64,000 nucleotides of DNA from an uncultured Gemmatimonadales bacterium. Its GTDB lineage: Bacteria > Gemmatimonadota > Gemmatimonadetes > Longimicrobiales > RSA9. Of the stretch, positions 45,870 through 55,630 are shown in pieces; the stretch's first letter is position 1; every line of letters starts with the position of its first letter. The notes below the pieces were generated by a model. The model worked only from the letters and a program-made list of their open reading frames with translations, did not search any database and was not told the DNA's origin. Location of the stretch: contig CAWFKH010000005.1 of assembly GCA_963816355.1 (NCBI GenBank), positions 32,001 through 96,000 of the forward strand, read 5' to 3'. A program made the translations under genes and the position numbers.

Positions 45870-46517
45870 TCAGCGTGCGCCGAGGGGGCCGGACGCCGGG
45901 CGCGTGGTGGAGGTGAGCCGGTAGACCGGCGGCGTGATCACGAGCGGCGAATACGTGTCGCCTCCATCAAGGTAGGAACCCGCCGCATCCGTGAACAGGG
46001 GGCGGACGCGGTCCGGCAGCACCGCGTAGCCGCCCAGGGGGCCCCCGACCTCGTACAGCGGCGTGGCGACGCCGGGCGCCTCCGCCCGCCGCGCCGCCGA
46101 CGTCGAGATCGTCGTCGCGATCTCCGACGGCGGCGGCGGCCGGTCCGCACCCGTGCGCAGCAGCGGACTCCACGCGATGGCAGCGATCACGCCCGCCACC
46201 AGCAGCGCCGTCGCCGCGCTCCCGCCGGAGCCGACGTCACGCTCGCGCTCCTCCTCCGGCAGGCGCAGCAGCCTCTCCCGGAATCGTTCGCCGAAGTCCG
46301 CCGACACAGAAACGGCGGAGAGCTCGCGCAGCAGCTCGCCGCCTTGACGCACGACGCGGTCGTAGCGCGAACACGACGCACACGACGCCACGTGCATGCG
46401 CCACTGCATCTCCTCCAGCGCCGTCATGCGCCCGTCCACGAAGTCGGAGTGCCGGGCGATGAACGCCTCACACGCCGGCGCGGCCGACCGCGCCTCTGAG
46501 TCCCGCGATTCCCACAT
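45870..46517 (-). CDS. zf-HC2 anti-sigma factor
   Basis: CEAF...SDFVDG...HVASCASC; TM helix; downstream of an ECF sigma gene. Confidence 0.85.
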   Translation of the reverse strand: MWESRDSEARSAAPACEAFIARHSDFVDGRMTALEEMQWRMHVASCASCSRYDRVVRQGGELLRELSAVSVSADFGERFRERLLRLPEEERERDVGSGGSAATALLVAGVIAAIAWSPLLRTGADRPPPPSEIATTISTSAARRAEAPGVATPLYEVGGPLGGYAVLPDRVRPLFTDAAGSYLDGGDTYSPLVITPPVYRLTSTTRPASGPLGAR

Positions 46518-46582
46518 TGGAGCGCCTCGAACCACTCGTGGTGCCCTTCCCCGGTACCTGCCTTCCCATCAACCGAACGTTC

Positions 46583-46608
46583 TACGGTCGAGCCTCCGCG
46601 CGTGTTCC
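46583..46608 (-). promoter_or_regulatory. Candidate ECF-sigma promoter for the anti-sigma gene
   Basis: Minus strand GGAAC-N17-CGTA. Confidence 0.5.
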
Positions 46609-46672
46609 ATACGTCGACGGCCTCGCCGGTGCGTTGCCGGCGAGGCCGTCGACTCTCCAGTGCAGAACCTCC

Positions 46673-47311
46673 TCAGTCGAGCATCGGCGCGATCAGCTGG
46701 GCGAAGTTGTTGCGTGCCCGGTTCAGCCGGCTCTTCACCGTCCCCAGATTGACACCGGTGATCTCCGCGATCTCCTCGTACGTCTTCCCCTCCATCTCGC
46801 GCAGCAGGAACACCACCCGGTGATGCTCCGGCAGCTCCGCCACCACATCCTCGACCAGATCGCGCAGGTGCCGCTTCCGGAACAGATCGTCCGGACGGTA
46901 CGTGTTGTCCTCCCATTCCAGCGGCCGGTGGTCCGCGTCCCAGTTCGTCTTGATCGCCTGGAACAGCACCAGCGGATTGCGCGACCGGTTGCGCAACTCG
47001 TTCTTCGCCAGGTTGCTCGCGATCGTGTACACCCACGTCGAGAACTTCTTCGTCTGGTCGAAACGGTGCAGGTGCCGGAAAACCCGGACGAACGTCTCCT
47101 GCACCAGATCCTCCGAACGGTCGCGGTCCCCGATCATCCGGTAGATGAAGTTCAGCAGCCGCTCCTGGTACCGATCCGCAAGCACCGTGAACGAGCGCTT
47201 GTCGCCGGCGAGGAACTGCGCGACCAGCTCGCTGTCCCCCGCGGGCGCCTTCGGCTCCGCCAGGGTGACCGCCTTCACGGCAGGCTTCGTCGCACGGACT
47301 GGATTCGGCAT
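46673..47311 (-). CDS. ECF sigma factor (RpoE/SigW-like)
   Basis: DSELV...GDKRSF, EDLVQETFVRV, FSTWVYTIASN, LREMEGKTYEEIAE...GTVKSRLNRAR. Confidence 0.93.
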   Translation of the reverse strand: MPNPVRATKPAVKAVTLAEPKAPAGDSELVAQFLAGDKRSFTVLADRYQERLLNFIYRMIGDRDRSEDLVQETFVRVFRHLHRFDQTKKFSTWVYTIASNLAKNELRNRSRNPLVLFQAIKTNWDADHRPLEWEDNTYRPDDLFRKRHLRDLVEDVVAELPEHHRVVFLLREMEGKTYEEIAEITGVNLGTVKSRLNRARNNFAQLIAPMLD

Positions 47312-47463
47312 CGATCCCTCAGCGCGTGGGCCGGTTGCAGCGCCGGTGCCCGACCGGCCACAACCCGACCGTTCCCCGACCGCCGAAAGGGCACGTTCCG
47401 TACCATGCGCGGCCGGCCAGCACGCGCCCACGAAAACCCGCATGAATACTGGACATTTCCGGC

Positions 47464-48108
47464 TCAGACCTCCGCGTTTCCACCACCGCCTCCACTCCCT
47501 GCGTCCTCTCCGGTGGACATGGATCGTCCGCTTTTCGTGTCGACCGTGCCGGAAACGAACAGCGATGCGCACGCCAGCGCGCAGATCGTCTTCGCGTCCT
47601 CGATCCCACCGCTGCGCACGAGATCGAGCGCTTCGCTCAGGCGGGTCTCGCGGGGCTCGATGAACTCGTCCGGGTCGAACGAGGTCGAGCCCGGGGAGCA
47701 GTCGAGCGCGAGGAAGATGTGGATGCGCTCGTCGGTGAAGCCGGGCGTCGTCAGGATCGAGGTGAGCGGCCGGAGCGAGCCGGCGACGAGGCCGGTCTCC
47801 TCCTCGAGCTCGCGGCGCGCGCAGACGCTCCAATCCTCGCCCGCGCGCTCGGGCCGGCCGGCGGGCACCTCGAGCACGTACCCGCCGGCGGCGTAGCGGT
47901 ACTGGCGGATGAGGAGGATGCGAGGATCGGGCGTGCCGACCGGATCGAGGAGCGGCAGGACCGCGGCGGCGCCGGAGTGGCGGATCATCTCGAGCTCGCC
48001 GGTCGAGCCGTCGGGGAAGCGGACGGTGTCGATCGAGAGGTGGACGATGCGCCCGTCGTAGACGCTTCGGCTGCCGATCGTGGCGCCGGCCGTCGCCTCA
48101 GTCGACAT
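47464..48108 (-). CDS. NUDIX hydrolase (ADP-ribose pyrophosphatase-like)
   Basis: LIRQYRY, EVPAG...ARRELEEETG Nudix box, TPGFTDE, IEDAKT. Confidence 0.9.
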   Translation of the reverse strand: MSTEATAGATIGSRSVYDGRIVHLSIDTVRFPDGSTGELEMIRHSGAAAVLPLLDPVGTPDPRILLIRQYRYAAGGYVLEVPAGRPERAGEDWSVCARRELEEETGLVAGSLRPLTSILTTPGFTDERIHIFLALDCSPGSTSFDPDEFIEPRETRLSEALDLVRSGGIEDAKTICALACASLFVSGTVDTKSGRSMSTGEDAGSGGGGGNAEV

Positions 48109-49456
48109 GGTGGACCTCGACGGGGCCGAGGCCGAGATCCGCGAGCGGCTCCTCGATGGCGGCGGCGTCGCCGACGACGACGATCGCGAGGGCGTCGCCG
48201 CGCAGGTGCTCGGCGGCGACGCGGCGGACCTCGTCGGGCGAGACGGCGGCGATGCGGTCCCGGTAATGGTCGAAGTAGTCGTCGGGCAGCTCGTAGACGA
48301 CGACGTCGGCGAGGCGCGCTGCGAGCGCGTCGGTGGTCTGGAGCTGGAGCGGGAGGACGCCGACGAGGTAGTCGCGGGCGGCGTCGACCTCTTCCGCGGT
48401 CGGGCCGCCTTCGGCGAGGCCGCGGATCTCGTGGACGGCTTCGCGCACGGCGGCGGCGGTGACCTCGGTGGCGACGGCGACCTGGACGACGAAGGGACCG
48501 GGGCGCCGGCGCTGGGCGAAGTAGCTGCGCGCGCCGTAGGTGAAGCCGTGGCGCTCGCGCAGGCTCATGTTGAGACGGCTGGTGAAGGCGCCGCCGAGCA
48601 GCGTGTTCATGACGAGCAGCGGGAAGTAGTCCGGATGGCGGCGCTCGATGCCGACGTGGCCGATGCGGATCTCGGACTGCACGGCGCCGGGGCGATCGAC
48701 CACGAAGACCGAAGTGCGATCGACGGCGCCGTGGACCTCGAAACCGGCGCTCTCGGGGGCCGGCCCGCTCCAGTCGCCGAAATGGCGCTGGGCGAGGCGC
48801 TCCGCGTCGGCGGCCGCGATGTCGCCGACGAGCACGAGCGTCGAGCGCGCGGGACCGTAGTGCGCGCGGTGAAAGCGCCGCACGTGTTCCCGGTCGAACT
48901 CGCCCACCGCGGCGGCGGTGCCGAGCACCGGCCGCGCGTACGGCGTCTCGGGACGGAAGATGAAGCGGGCGGCCATGTCGCCGGCGAGCGCGCGCGGTTC
49001 CTTCTTGCGCTGCAGCAGGTCGGCGAGCTGCTCGTCGCGCAGGCGCACCACCTCGTCGGTAGGGAAGACCGGATCGCGCACGATCGCGGAGAAGAGCTGC
49101 AGCGCCGCGTCGAGCCGCTCGGTGGGAACGGTCACGCCCGCGACGACGGCGTCCCAGCCGACATCGACGCTCAGCTCGATGCCGAGGCGCTCCATCTCCC
49201 ACGCGACGTCGTCGGCGCTCAGCTCGCCGGTCCCCGCCTCGAGGGCCTCGCCGGTGAGGCGCGCCAGCCCCGCCTCGTGCGCGCCCTCGTACTCGGCGCC
49301 CGCGTCCACGATGAGCGCGGCCGTCACCAGCGGCAGGTCGCCGTGGGGCGCGCAGAGGAGCCGCAACCCGTTGGGCAGCTCGCCGCGCCTCACGTGCGGG
49401 AAGTCGAACGGGCGCACCGGCCCGGCCGGCGGCGCCTTCGTGCGGTCCACGCTCAT
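48098..49456 (-). CDS. M16 peptidase, non-catalytic subunit
   Basis: LPNGL, VDRPGAVQSEI, LGGAFTSRL...RERHGFTYG; lacks HxxEH. Confidence 0.9.
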   Translation of the reverse strand: MSVDRTKAPPAGPVRPFDFPHVRRGELPNGLRLLCAPHGDLPLVTAALIVDAGAEYEGAHEAGLARLTGEALEAGTGELSADDVAWEMERLGIELSVDVGWDAVVAGVTVPTERLDAALQLFSAIVRDPVFPTDEVVRLRDEQLADLLQRKKEPRALAGDMAARFIFRPETPYARPVLGTAAAVGEFDREHVRRFHRAHYGPARSTLVLVGDIAAADAERLAQRHFGDWSGPAPESAGFEVHGAVDRTSVFVVDRPGAVQSEIRIGHVGIERRHPDYFPLLVMNTLLGGAFTSRLNMSLRERHGFTYGARSYFAQRRRPGPFVVQVAVATEVTAAAVREAVHEIRGLAEGGPTAEEVDAARDYLVGVLPLQLQTTDALAARLADVVVYELPDDYFDHYRDRIAAVSPDEVRRVAAEHLRGDALAIVVVGDAAAIEEPLADLGLGPVEVHHVD

Positions 49457-50733
49457 TGACCCCCTCCCGCCGCCTGGGGCACGTAGACGAGCGTGGCGCG
49501 GTTGCCTTCCCCCAGGTAGCCTTCCGCGAAGCGGCGCACGTCGGCCGGCGTCACGGCGCGGACACGGTCCAGCTCCGTGTTGATCCGTTCCGGCTGGTCG
49601 AACAGCATCGTGTACATCGAGAGCTGGTCGGCACGCTCGTCCATGCGCTGCAGCTCGATCAGCTGCCGCGACTCGATCAGGTTGACCGCGCGCTCGACGT
49701 CGCCGTCGGAAGCGCCGGCCACCGCCGCGACCTCGTCCTTCAACGCCATCTCCAGGGCGGCCGCGTCGACGCCCGGACGCGCGGTCGCCCATGCGACGAA
49801 CATGCCGGCGCCCACGACGATCGGGAACGCGAACGCGACCACGTCCTGGGCCAGGCGCCGCTGCCGCAGCAGCGAACGGTAGAGGTGCGATGCCTTGCCC
49901 CACGCCAGGACGTGGGCGGCGACCGCCGCGGCGTAGTAGTCCGGGTGGCCGTAGGGCGGAACGCGGTAGCCGACGTAGATGCGGGGCAGCGAGATGTCCT
50001 GGCGCAGCTCGATGCGGCTGTCCGCGCCGATCGTCCGCGCGATCTCGGTGCGGCCCGGAATCGGCGGCACGGGCGGACCGGCGGCGATCTCTGCGAAGTA
50101 GCGCTCGACGAGCGGCATGGTGCGCTCGGGATCCACGTCGCCCGCCAGCGTCAGCACGGCGTTGTTGGGCGCGTAGTAGGTGCGGAAGAAGTCCTCGACG
50201 TCGTCCAGGCTCGCGGCGTCCAGGTCCTCCATCGAGCCGATGACCGAATGGTGGTAGGGGTGCTCCGGCGGGAAGATCATCTCCTGCATCCGCTCGTCCC
50301 AGTCCCCGTACGGCTGGTTGTCGACGCGCCAGCGCCGCTCGTTCTTCACCACGTCGCGCTGATTGTCCAGCTTCTCCTGCGTCATCGCGGACAGCAGCCA
50401 TCCCATGCGGTCCGACTCGAGCCACAGGCCCAGCTCGAGGTAGTTCGCCGGCAGCGTCTCGTAGTAGTTCGTCCGGTCGAGCCACGTCGAGCCGTTCAGC
50501 GAGCCGCCCGCCTTCTCGATCAACGCGAAATGGGCGCTCTCCGGTACGTGCCCCGAGCCCTGGAACATCATGTGCTCGAAGAGGTGAGCGAAGCCGGTCC
50601 GTCCCTCCCGCTCGTTCCGCGACCCCACGCCGTACCAGAGGTTGATCGCCACCACCGGATTGCCGGCATCCGGCGACAGCACGACGCGCAGGCCGTTGTC
50701 GAGGCGGAACCGTTCTATCGGTATTTCGATCAC
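49453..50733 (-). CDS. M16 peptidase, catalytic subunit
   Basis: LDNGLRV, GFAHLFEHMMFQGS (HxxEH), NGST..DRTNY, LESDRM, YYAPNNAVL. Confidence 0.93.
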   Translation of the reverse strand: MIEIPIERFRLDNGLRVVLSPDAGNPVVAINLWYGVGSRNEREGRTGFAHLFEHMMFQGSGHVPESAHFALIEKAGGSLNGSTWLDRTNYYETLPANYLELGLWLESDRMGWLLSAMTQEKLDNQRDVVKNERRWRVDNQPYGDWDERMQEMIFPPEHPYHHSVIGSMEDLDAASLDDVEDFFRTYYAPNNAVLTLAGDVDPERTMPLVERYFAEIAAGPPVPPIPGRTEIARTIGADSRIELRQDISLPRIYVGYRVPPYGHPDYYAAAVAAHVLAWGKASHLYRSLLRQRRLAQDVVAFAFPIVVGAGMFVAWATARPGVDAAALEMALKDEVAAVAGASDGDVERAVNLIESRQLIELQRMDERADQLSMYTMLFDQPERINTELDRVRAVTPADVRRFAEGYLGEGNRATLVYVPQAAGGGQ

Positions 50734-50777
50734 ACTGTCTCCACGCAGGCGCCGCAGTCGGCGGCGACCGCTTCGGT

Positions 50778-51611
50778 TCAGAGTGGATGCATCAGCCGCT
50801 CGTGCAGCATGCTCGGAGCCACGGTCTCCGACAGCATGGCGCGGGCGGCGTCTGCGCCTTCGTCGACGCGGTGTTCTGCCTGATCGAGCAGGGTACGGTC
50901 CGAGCCTTCCACCACGTAGGCGGCGCGCGCGAGAAGCGTCCGCGCCGCGTCGTCCCAGCCGGCCGCCGCGGATGCGAGCGCGGCCGCGATCTGGACCTCC
51001 GCGTCGTCCTCGCGCGCCTCCGCTGCCCGGAACAGGTCCTCGGCGGCGCCTTCGATCTCGCCCTGCTCCAGCTGAATCAGGCCGAGGAGCACACGGTTCC
51101 AGGAGTCCTCCGGCGCCAGCGCGAGCGCCGCCTCGAGCTCGCGCGCCGCCGCCGCGACGTCGCCCTTCAGCGCGTGCGCCGTCGCGAGCTCACCGTGCAC
51201 CGTCGGATCCTCCGGCGCGAGCGCCAGCGCCTCCTCGAGCTGCTCCATCGCCTCCGCGAAGAGGCCCTGGCGGGCGAGAAAGGCGCCGTACTGCAGCCGC
51301 GTCGCGGGCAGATCCGGACCGGTGAGCACCGCGGCGCGCAGAGCGGTGCCGGCATCCGGGTCGTCGAACGCTGCGAGGCCGGAGCCGGCGAGGGCGAGAA
51401 GGTGCGGATCGAGCGGATCGGTCGCGAGACAGCGCTTGAAATATTCGTACGCTGCACCCTCATTGTCCAGTTCCCGTTCCGCGACACCGAGCCAACATAG
51501 CAGATAAGGATCCTCCGGATCCTCGCGGAGCGCGCCGGCGAGCAACTCGGCCATCTCCTGCCAGCGGCCTTCGTCGCCCAGCGCGAGCGCCTGCCGTAGG
51601 ACTTCCTCCAT
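50778..51611 (-). CDS. Tetratricopeptide repeat protein
   Basis: Repeated ALALAPED-type TPR motifs. Confidence 0.8.
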   Translation of the reverse strand: MEEVLRQALALGDEGRWQEMAELLAGALREDPEDPYLLCWLGVAERELDNEGAAYEYFKRCLATDPLDPHLLALAGSGLAAFDDPDAGTALRAAVLTGPDLPATRLQYGAFLARQGLFAEAMEQLEEALALAPEDPTVHGELATAHALKGDVAAAARELEAALALAPEDSWNRVLLGLIQLEQGEIEGAAEDLFRAAEAREDDAEVQIAAALASAAAGWDDAARTLLARAAYVVEGSDRTLLDQAEHRVDEGADAARAMLSETVAPSMLHERLMHPL

Positions 51612-51612
51612 G

Positions 51613-52821
51613 CTACGCTCCGTACTTCGCGAGCCGCCGCGCATGCGCCAGCGCGAGCGTCATCAGGTGCTTCGCCGGGAAACGACCGAGTTCGCCGCGC
51701 ATGCAGTCGCGCTCGCCGAAACCGGCGACGCCCGCCGGCCTCGTCCACGGCGACGCGAGCAGCAGCGGCACCGGATGCCACGAGTGTGCCCGCATGCGCG
51801 ACGGCGTCGAATGGTCCCCCGTCACGATCAGCACGTCCGGCTCCAGCGCTTCGATGCGCGGCAGCAGCGCATCCACCGCCTCGATCGCCCCCACCTTGGC
51901 GTCGAAATCCCCGTCCTCACCCCGCGAATCGGTGTACTTGAAGTGGATGAAGTGGAAGTCGAAGGCGGTGTACGTCTCTGCCAGACGGCTCACGCTGTCC
52001 GCGTCCGCGACCGGCGTCGGCTGGATCTCCATGCCCACCAGCCGCGCCACGCCCCGGTACATCGGATAGCGCGCGATCGCCGAAGCGCGCAGCCGGTAGC
52101 GCTCCGCGAAGGTCGGATAGCGCACGTGTGCCGCGAACCCGCGCGCCAGCACGCCGTTCGCCGCCGGCTCCTCTCGCAGCGCCTCCCGCGCCGTGTCCAG
52201 AACCTCCTGGACGATGCCCGCCGTCGACGCCGCCGACTCCGCCGTCGCCCGCACCGGCAGCGGCGGCACGCCCGTCTCCTGCGGGTCCGTGTCCCCCAAC
52301 TCCGCCGACAGCCCCTCCCCCCGCAGCACCATCACCAGCCGGTGCTCCTTCTCCGGCTCGAAGAAGAGCTCCACCCCCGCCGGCGCCGACACCCGCTCCC
52401 GCAGCACCTCCACCAGGCGACGGTTCTCCGCGTCCGATGGCCGCCCCGCCCGGCGGTCCACGATGCGACCCGTCGCGTCCAGCGTCGCGAAGTTCAGCCG
52501 CGCCGCGACGTCGCCGTGCCGCAGGTCGAAATCGACGCCCAGCGCGCTCAGCACGCCCCGCCCGATGTTCCAGCGCAGCGGGTCGTAGCCGAACAACGCG
52601 AGGTGGCCCGGCCCGCTCCCCGGCGAGATGCCCAGGCCCACGGGGTCGGACAGGCCCACCGCACCCCGCCGCGACAGGCGGTCCAGGTTCGGCGTGCGCG
52701 CCGTCTCGAGCTCCGTACGCCCCGTCTCCGGTGAGGGAAGGCCGCCCAGACCGTCCGCCACACACAGCACGATGCGCGTCTCGCCGGACTCGACGAGATC
52801 GTCCGGCAGGTTTTTCTTCAA
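51613..52821 (-). CDS. apgM: 2,3-bisphosphoglycerate-independent phosphoglycerate mutase (archaeal/ApgM type)
   Basis: DGLGG, TPNLD, PGSGPGHLALFGYDP, DRRAGR, DTDP, TGDHSTP, HSWHPVP; TTG start with GGAGG. Confidence 0.9.
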   Translation of the reverse strand: MKKNLPDDLVESGETRIVLCVADGLGGLPSPETGRTELETARTPNLDRLSRRGAVGLSDPVGLGISPGSGPGHLALFGYDPLRWNIGRGVLSALGVDFDLRHGDVAARLNFATLDATGRIVDRRAGRPSDAENRRLVEVLRERVSAPAGVELFFEPEKEHRLVMVLRGEGLSAELGDTDPQETGVPPLPVRATAESAASTAGIVQEVLDTAREALREEPAANGVLARGFAAHVRYPTFAERYRLRASAIARYPMYRGVARLVGMEIQPTPVADADSVSRLAETYTAFDFHFIHFKYTDSRGEDGDFDAKVGAIEAVDALLPRIEALEPDVLIVTGDHSTPSRMRAHSWHPVPLLLASPWTRPAGVAGFGERDCMRGELGRFPAKHLMTLALAHARRLAKYGA

Positions 52822-53033
52822 AACGCCTCCACAACGATGCACCGCCCGCCCCCGCGGAGCGGACGGTCTATTTTCGCGGCCGGTACTCCGGACCGGCCGT
52901 GCAATACGACTCCGAATTGTCGAGCCCTGCCTCGCTCGACGCAAGCTCGTCGTGCGAAGAGTGCATAGCAATATGGGACGATGGTCGCCGGTGCGGCCTG
53001 GACCGGCCCGGCTGTCGCGCGTATGCTCACGGC

Positions 53034-54155
53034 ATGAGAGACACGTTTATCGCCTTCGATCTCGAGCGGTGGCAGTCGACCTGGGAGAACCGGGTCGCGG
53101 TCAACCTGGCGGAGAGCGGAGTGCACCCGGTGACGGTCGGCGAGCTGCTGGAGCTGGCCGGCGCGGAGGTGTCGCAGCTCGAGGAGGTGCGGCTCGGCTA
53201 CGGCTGGGCGAACGGCACGGCGACGCTGCGGGAGCGGATCGCGGCGCTGTACGGGGGCGGCGTGGGCGGGGATCGGATCGCGGTGACGAACGGGAGCGCG
53301 GAGGCGAACTTCGTCGCGCTGTGGGAGCTGGTGGAGCGGGAGGGAGACGCGGCGATCGTGCTGCCGGCGTACATGCAGTCGCCGGGCGTGGTGCAGATGC
53401 TCGGGGGGCGGGTTCGGGAGGTGTGGCTGCGGGAGGAGCTGGGCTGGCAGCCGGACCCGGACGAGCTGCGGCGGGCGGTGGGCGAGAAGACGCGTGTCGT
53501 GGTGGTGACGAACCCGGTGAATCCGACGGGGACGGTTCTGACGGCGGAGTCGCGGCGGGCGGTGGTGGAGGCGGCGGCGCGGGTGGGCGCGTGGATCCTG
53601 GCGGACGAGGTGTACGCGGGTGCGGAGCTGGAGGGGGAGCGGACGCCGTCGTTCCTGGGGGAGGCGGAGCGGGTGGTCGCGACCGGGTCGCTGTCGAAGG
53701 CGTACGGCCTGCCGGGGCTGCGGCTGGGGTGGGCGGCGTCGGACGCGGCGACGGCGGAGCGGCTGTGGGCGCGCACCGACTACACCACGATCTCGCACGG
53801 TCCGCTGACGGAGCGGTTGGCGACGCTGGCGCTCGAGGCGACGACGCGGGATCGGCTGCTTGCGCGCACGCGCGCCCTGCTGCGCTCGAACCTGGAGGTC
53901 GTCGCGCGCACGCTGGGCCATCGGGGTGTGCGCTACCGGACGCCGGACGCCGGTGCGATCCTCTGGCTCGGCTACGACGCCGACGTGTCGTCGGGAGCGT
54001 TGGCGGAGCGGCTGCTGCGCGAGGAGGACGTGCTGGTGGCGCCGGGTTCGCAGTTCCTCGTGGACGGTTTTCTCCGCATCGGCTACGGCGCGGAGCCGCG
54101 GGCGCTCGAGGAAGGGCTGCGGCGCCTGCGCCGGCTGCTCGACGACGTCGGCTGA
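53034..54155 (+). CDS. Class I/II PLP-dependent aminotransferase
   Basis: NLAESG, TNGSAEAN, NPVNPTG, DEVY, SLSKAYGLPGLRLGW. Confidence 0.92.
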   Translation: MRDTFIAFDLERWQSTWENRVAVNLAESGVHPVTVGELLELAGAEVSQLEEVRLGYGWANGTATLRERIAALYGGGVGGDRIAVTNGSAEANFVALWELVEREGDAAIVLPAYMQSPGVVQMLGGRVREVWLREELGWQPDPDELRRAVGEKTRVVVVTNPVNPTGTVLTAESRRAVVEAAARVGAWILADEVYAGAELEGERTPSFLGEAERVVATGSLSKAYGLPGLRLGWAASDAATAERLWARTDYTTISHGPLTERLATLALEATTRDRLLARTRALLRSNLEVVARTLGHRGVRYRTPDAGAILWLGYDADVSSGALAERLLREEDVLVAPGSQFLVDGFLRIGYGAEPRALEEGLRRLRRLLDDVG

Positions 54156-54242
54156 GCGGCGGCGGGGCACGTCGCTTGCGCGGGGTCGCGGAGGCAAGCG
54201 CGGCCGCCCTTCGCGCTCACCGTCGTCGACCCCGGAGGACGA

Positions 54243-54617
54243 GTGGCGAGGATTCTGATCGTGGAGGACAATCCGACCCTCCTCGACGTGCTCGAGAGCG
54301 TGCTCGCGGAGCGGCACGAGGTGCGGACGGCGGGGCGCGGCGACGTCGCCCTGGTGGTGGCGCGGGAGTTCGTCCCCGAGCTGGTGGTGCTCGACCTGAA
54401 CCTGCCCGGCGTCTCGGGCGTGCTGATCGGCGGCTACATCAAGCGGGAGGCGGAGCCGCGGCGGGTCCCGATCCTGGCGCTCAGCGCGCTGGCGCAGTTC
54501 GTCGAGGAGGAGGACCTGATCGGCAGCGGCTGCTGCGACGCCTTCCTCGCGAAGCCGGCGCCGCTCGGCGCCATCGAGTCGAAGGTGGAGGAGCTGCTCG
54601 CGGGGTCGCGCGCGTGA
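54243..54617 (+). CDS. Single-domain response regulator
   Basis: ILIVEDN, VLDLNLP, ALSA, FLAKP. Confidence 0.9.
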   Translation: MARILIVEDNPTLLDVLESVLAERHEVRTAGRGDVALVVAREFVPELVVLDLNLPGVSGVLIGGYIKREAEPRRVPILALSALAQFVEEEDLIGSGCCDAFLAKPAPLGAIESKVEELLAGSRA

Positions 54618-55606
54618 AGGGAGGACGCGCGGCGAAGCCGCGTCGCATGGGACTGCTGTCCGGCGTCGGCTCCTCCGGCGCGCTCGCCGAGCGTCGCACG
54701 TTCCCCTACGCCGCGGGGGACCGCATCGCGGGCGACCTGACGGTGATCGGCCACCTCGCCGTCGGCCGCCTGGGGCACCTGTACCAGGTGTGGAGCGCCG
54801 GCGAGTGGTGCCCGTACACGTGCAAGATCCTCGATCCGGACCAGCGCGACGACCGCCGAGCCCCCGCGGCGCTGCGCCGCGAAGCACGCATCCTGCGACG
54901 GCTCCACCACCCGAACATCGTGCGCAGCTATCGCGAAGGCGACCACGACGGTCTGCCGTTCCTGCTGCTGGAGTACCTCGACGGTCCTTCCATCTTCGAC
55001 GTGCTGGAGGATCGCTCCGAACGGCGGCTCGAAGTGATCGACGCGGTGCGCACCGCCATCCACGTCGGTGCGGGCCTCTACCACCTGCATCGCCACGGCT
55101 ACCTGCACCTCGACCTGAAGCCCGCCAACCTGCTGCTGCGCGGGCGCATGCCGGTCCTGGTCGACTTCGACGCGGCACGCCGGCGCGACTCCGAGCGGCG
55201 CCCCGCCGACACGCTGGGCACGGCCCCGTACATGGCGCCCGAGCAGGTGCTGCGTGAGCCGCCCACGGAGGCCGCGGACGTGTACGGCCTCGCCGCCGTG
55301 CTGTACGAGATGATCACCGGCCGCTGGCCGTTCGAGGACGTCTACAGCGAGCGCGAGGCGCGGCCGGGCGAGGAGCGGCAGCATCCGCAGCTCGGCGAGG
55401 CGCCGCCGCCGCCGCCGCGGCGCTACTGCGAGGGGATGAGCGAGGACCTCAGCGACTTCATCGTCGCCTGCCTCGACCGCGACCCCGGCCGGCGGCCGGC
55501 GTCGATGCACCCGGTCCTGCTGGAGCTGAGCCGCCACCTCGACGACCCGGTCGCGTTCTGGCCGGACGGGGTCACCACCGAGCGGCGGCGCCGCCCGCGC
55601 GAGTAA
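54614..55606 (+). CDS. Hanks-type Ser/Thr protein kinase
   Basis: HPNIV, LLEYLDG, HLDLKPAN, DFD, GTAPYMAPE, DVYGL; alternative ATG at 54647. Confidence 0.88.
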   Translation: MKGGRAAKPRRMGLLSGVGSSGALAERRTFPYAAGDRIAGDLTVIGHLAVGRLGHLYQVWSAGEWCPYTCKILDPDQRDDRRAPAALRREARILRRLHHPNIVRSYREGDHDGLPFLLLEYLDGPSIFDVLEDRSERRLEVIDAVRTAIHVGAGLYHLHRHGYLHLDLKPANLLLRGRMPVLVDFDAARRRDSERRPADTLGTAPYMAPEQVLREPPTEAADVYGLAAVLYEMITGRWPFEDVYSEREARPGEERQHPQLGEAPPPPPRRYCEGMSEDLSDFIVACLDRDPGRRPASMHPVLLELSRHLDDPVAFWPDGVTTERRRRPRE

Positions 55607-55630
55607 GGGGCGGCGGACGGCGCCCGCCGG

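Noticed and set aside
48098..50733. M16 peptidase pair with one subunit lacking HxxEH as a novelty
   Set aside because: Heterodimeric M16B pairs with one inactive subunit are well known
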